64,000 nucleotides of DNA. Origin: Phyllobates terribilis (lineage: Eukaryota). The translations under genes and the position numbers were made by a program. The notes beneath the pieces are model-generated. The model saw only the letters and a list, made by a program, of their open reading frames with translations, made no database searches and had not been told where the DNA came from. Positions 60,781 to 64,000 of this stretch are shown here, in pieces. The stretch is taken from the NCBI RefSeq assembly GCF_046119375.1, contig NW_027362761.1, positions 425,878,001-425,942,000 on the forward strand, given 5' to 3'. Each line of letters opens with the position of its first letter. Within the stretch, counting starts at the first letter, position 1.

Positions 60781-63700
60781 TTCATTTCTTGGAGCCATCA
60801 GCTCAGCCTCTTGGCACCTGGGTTATTGACCAAGCCTTTCATTGTTGCCCTACGCTTCCTCCATAAGTAGCCCCTGAGTGATGATTGTTGGTCAGACATC
60901 CTTACATAACAGTCATACCATTTTACTGTGAGTCAACTGTCCAGCTCATTTCCATAGAAAACTATAGTTTACTGCTACACAGATCTACAATTATGCAAAT
61001 ACCCTCATTTATTTCTACGTACTACATAAAATAATGAATCAGTCAGCAGCCTCTGATGCAAAGTGAATGCAAAAAAATGCTAAATTCAAGGAAAACCTGT
61101 ACATGTTATTTCCACCGGTGATTCTCAGGCTGTGTTCCCACCTACATTGGGAGCTCAGACAAAGATTCTGCGTGGACAAAAGAGAGCAGCATATGCCGTT
61201 ATTTTGTCTGGTGAAATGACAAAATTCATAATGCTCAATTGGGTCCATCGTCGCTGATGTCAGGGAGACAGTACTTCTGTTACTTCCGTTGTTCTGTTTC
61301 TATGATGGTGCAGAACAATGGAAATAACCAATGCAGATATGAAATAAAAGCCTTAAACGCCCACTGGTCGTTGGCACCACGTGTCTCCACTGGATGCCAT
61401 AAAACAGAAGATAGGGGAACAACCTGCAGGTGTGAGTCCCAGTTCTGGTGACAAAACCATGCGAGGTCCACATGAGTTAATAGTGCTTCTCCATAGACGC
61501 CAGCACTTTACCTTTACTTTTTGGGAATGAGCTATAGCCCAAATCCCATTTTGGAGGAACCCTTGTTTAGCGCCCACTACTTTACCTATCCAGAGGCATT
61601 TACAACATGTCCGCATATTATGGCTGCAAGGTTTTACTGGAGAATACATGAAAGGCCCGTTCAATACCTATAAAAAAAAAAGTTTATTACATCCGACGCT
61701 CTCACTTATAAAAAAACACTATGGACTTCTCTCCACTCACCTGACCTTTGCCTACAGCAACACAATGTCTTATCAATAGTAGTATGATTACCTACTGAAC
61801 CCTCTACAGTGTAGAAATTAACAGCAGAGGTTACAAAAACTAAAGATAAGGAATCATGTGAATCTTTGAAGAAAACTCTCCCTTTGAAGTCACACAAGTA
61901 GTTTATTAGACAGGAATGGAGATTTCTTCAAACACCATTCAGGTGAAGGGGACAAATGCAGAAATCTGTAATCATCTATGTATACTGTTGGCCTCAAAGA
62001 GGACCTGTCACCATGTCGGAGGTGGACAGTTTTTGCGTTTTTTTTTCCTTCTCGCTTCTCCCACAAGTGGTTTTTTTTTTTTTCATTTATTTATTTTTTT
62101 AATCCACCATATAGTTCCAGAGATATGGCCTTTTTATTTAGGGCTATTTTTATGGTCTTTACGAGGGTGCATGTCTTCAGGCTGCTCTGCATAATTACTG
62201 TGAGACACATCCCTTTGAAAGACCTAAAAAATAAAAATAAAAAAAAGGAGAAGCCTATATCTCTGGAATCATATACAAAATAGAAAAAAAAATTTGCAGC
62301 ATGGGCTAGTCTAGTCTCCGATCTACAGACCAGACTCGTGCATGAAACAGCAGGTATCGTCTACACAACTATACACAACTATAGTCTGCAGGAGTCACTC
62401 CTTTGTGAAGTTCAGTGGCCTTCTGAACTTAAGGGAATCTGTCAGCAGGATTACGCCTCCTACGTCATCAAATGATCATGTAGGTCATAGGAAGCTGAAT
62501 AAAAAGTTATCTTGACATCTGTGGTCCAATGTCTTATTCCAGAGAAACCCATGTTTTTCTTAATATGTAAATGAGCTGTTAAGATCTATGGGCCGGACAT
62601 ATATCTCCCAGAGAATATACTTATTTTAGATGAAAAGAGGGGAGATACTACCAGTGTGAGACAAGTAGATCAGATTGTCAGTAATTACGTCTCACACTGG
62701 TAACTCCCCATTCATTCATTTCTAAAAATCTCTGAAGTCAAGTTCTTAGGGAGATCTTTGTCCGGCCTAGAGATCTTAACAGCTCATTTGCATATTTGAA
62801 AAACATGGCTTTCTCTGGAATAAGACATTGGTTGGCAGATATCAAGGTATAGTTTCATTCAGCTTCCTATGACCTACATGCCCATATAGACGGCTTAGGA
62901 GGGTTGATCCTACTGTGCATCCCTTCATGCCACCAACACAGCTCTAACCTGTCAATCCAGGGCCTCCATAAGGCCTCTAAATGTGTCATGCTGCTATCAC
63001 CTATTTCAAACATAGGAGATGGCTTCAACATCAGTGGGGTATCCAACCACTAGGACCCCCACTGATCTAAGAATTATTACCTGTACTTTGAATAGGAAAT
63101 AAAGGGGTATTCTAGTAAGAGGTTCAAGGGAACCTGACAGCAAATACATTGTGCCCAATCCGTGGGCAGCATGTATCAGACATTGGCTGTTTGACTGTAG
63201 CCACGTATGTTCGACACTGAAAAGCAGCGGCGTTTCAGAAAAAAAAAAAAATTAAATCCACGAGGCAACGAGCCACATGGGAGACTAGTCATACAGGTGG
63301 GGCCCCAGCAGCTCCTCACCCACTACCAACGACTGTCAGATCTCTCCCTGCGGTTTATAAGGAGAGATCCGAGAGTGACTAAAGGTATTCAAAGGCGTTT
63401 CCCCACATTCAGTCCTCAGGGGCATACCGCTCCCTGCTGCCAGGCTTCTTGATTGGTGTGGAGTTAGAAGGGCAACGTGCTACTAAACAATATTTCAGGA
63501 TTGTGGCCTGGCTGAGAAACCAGACCGAACTGCGCACTCTCTGAATCTGCAAACAGAGGCAGCTGTGAGGAAGAAAAGCAGGGACACAAACTCACCAGAT
63601 CGAGCAAACTATATAATACACAAAAGCCTCTTGCCTAGGACAACAGTCGCCTCTGAAGTAGCGGTGACAGCAACAAGCCGTACACTACAGAATTCAAAGT

Positions 63701-64000
63701 CCGTCTGTTTTTTACAATTTAGAGGATTTTCAATAAAAGAGGCAGCCGAGTCACTTGTTTTTATAAACTATTTGCAATGTTATCCCTTGAATAAGAGGAT
63801 ACGACCTCTTTAAAGAACCTGTCAGCTGATAAGACCGCCCACAGATTGTATCGGGCACAGGCTGTACGACACCAGCCAGATACGTTTGACTCTGAAGCAC
63901 TGCGGCTGGACACTAGTTGGACAGGCAGGTCCCCAGCGGCTTTTCTCCGCCCGCTGCCCTGGATTGACCAGCCTCTGCCTATGTGTGCGGTTACTATGCT

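Noticed and set aside
57394-64000. slc25a46 exon 1
   Set aside because: No sequence encoding the conserved WVTTPPDIPGSRN motif was found on the minus strand; probably beyond the window.

Overview
This is eukaryotic, almost certainly anuran (frog), genomic DNA, inferred from its repeat families and from a vertebrate slc25a46 gene. The supplied ORF track assumes bacterial starts and is mostly spurious here. The right half (~35.6-57.4 kb) holds coding exons 2-8 of slc25a46 on the minus strand, all with GT-AG sites and an open spliced frame. Exon 1 was not found and is probably beyond the right edge. The introns are packed with TTAA (Kolobok/T2-type), TAA (Harbinger-type), TA (Tc1/pogo-type) and 8-bp-TSD (hAT) MITEs. 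The left half (1-31 kb) is a transposon pile-up: the 3' part of a defective chromodomain Ty3/Gypsy element, four successive Tc1 elements of different lineages, a Penelope RT fragment and minisatellites. It also holds two related large hAT elements. The main candidate for a novel system is the 10.57-kb hAT at 4516-15082. It has a perfect 8-bp TSD and an intact 1233-aa BED-DDE transposase preceded by a 13 x 108-bp array. Its 3' arm appears to come from a different subfamily and carries a ~270-bp antisense 18S rRNA cassette plus decayed Tc1, L1 and solo-LTR passengers, all antisense to the transposase. A second, truncated hAT copy (27793-30917) carries the same 18S cassette with shared derived substitutions plus a YR-retrotransposon RT fragment. 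All alignments were done by eye and no database searches were run.
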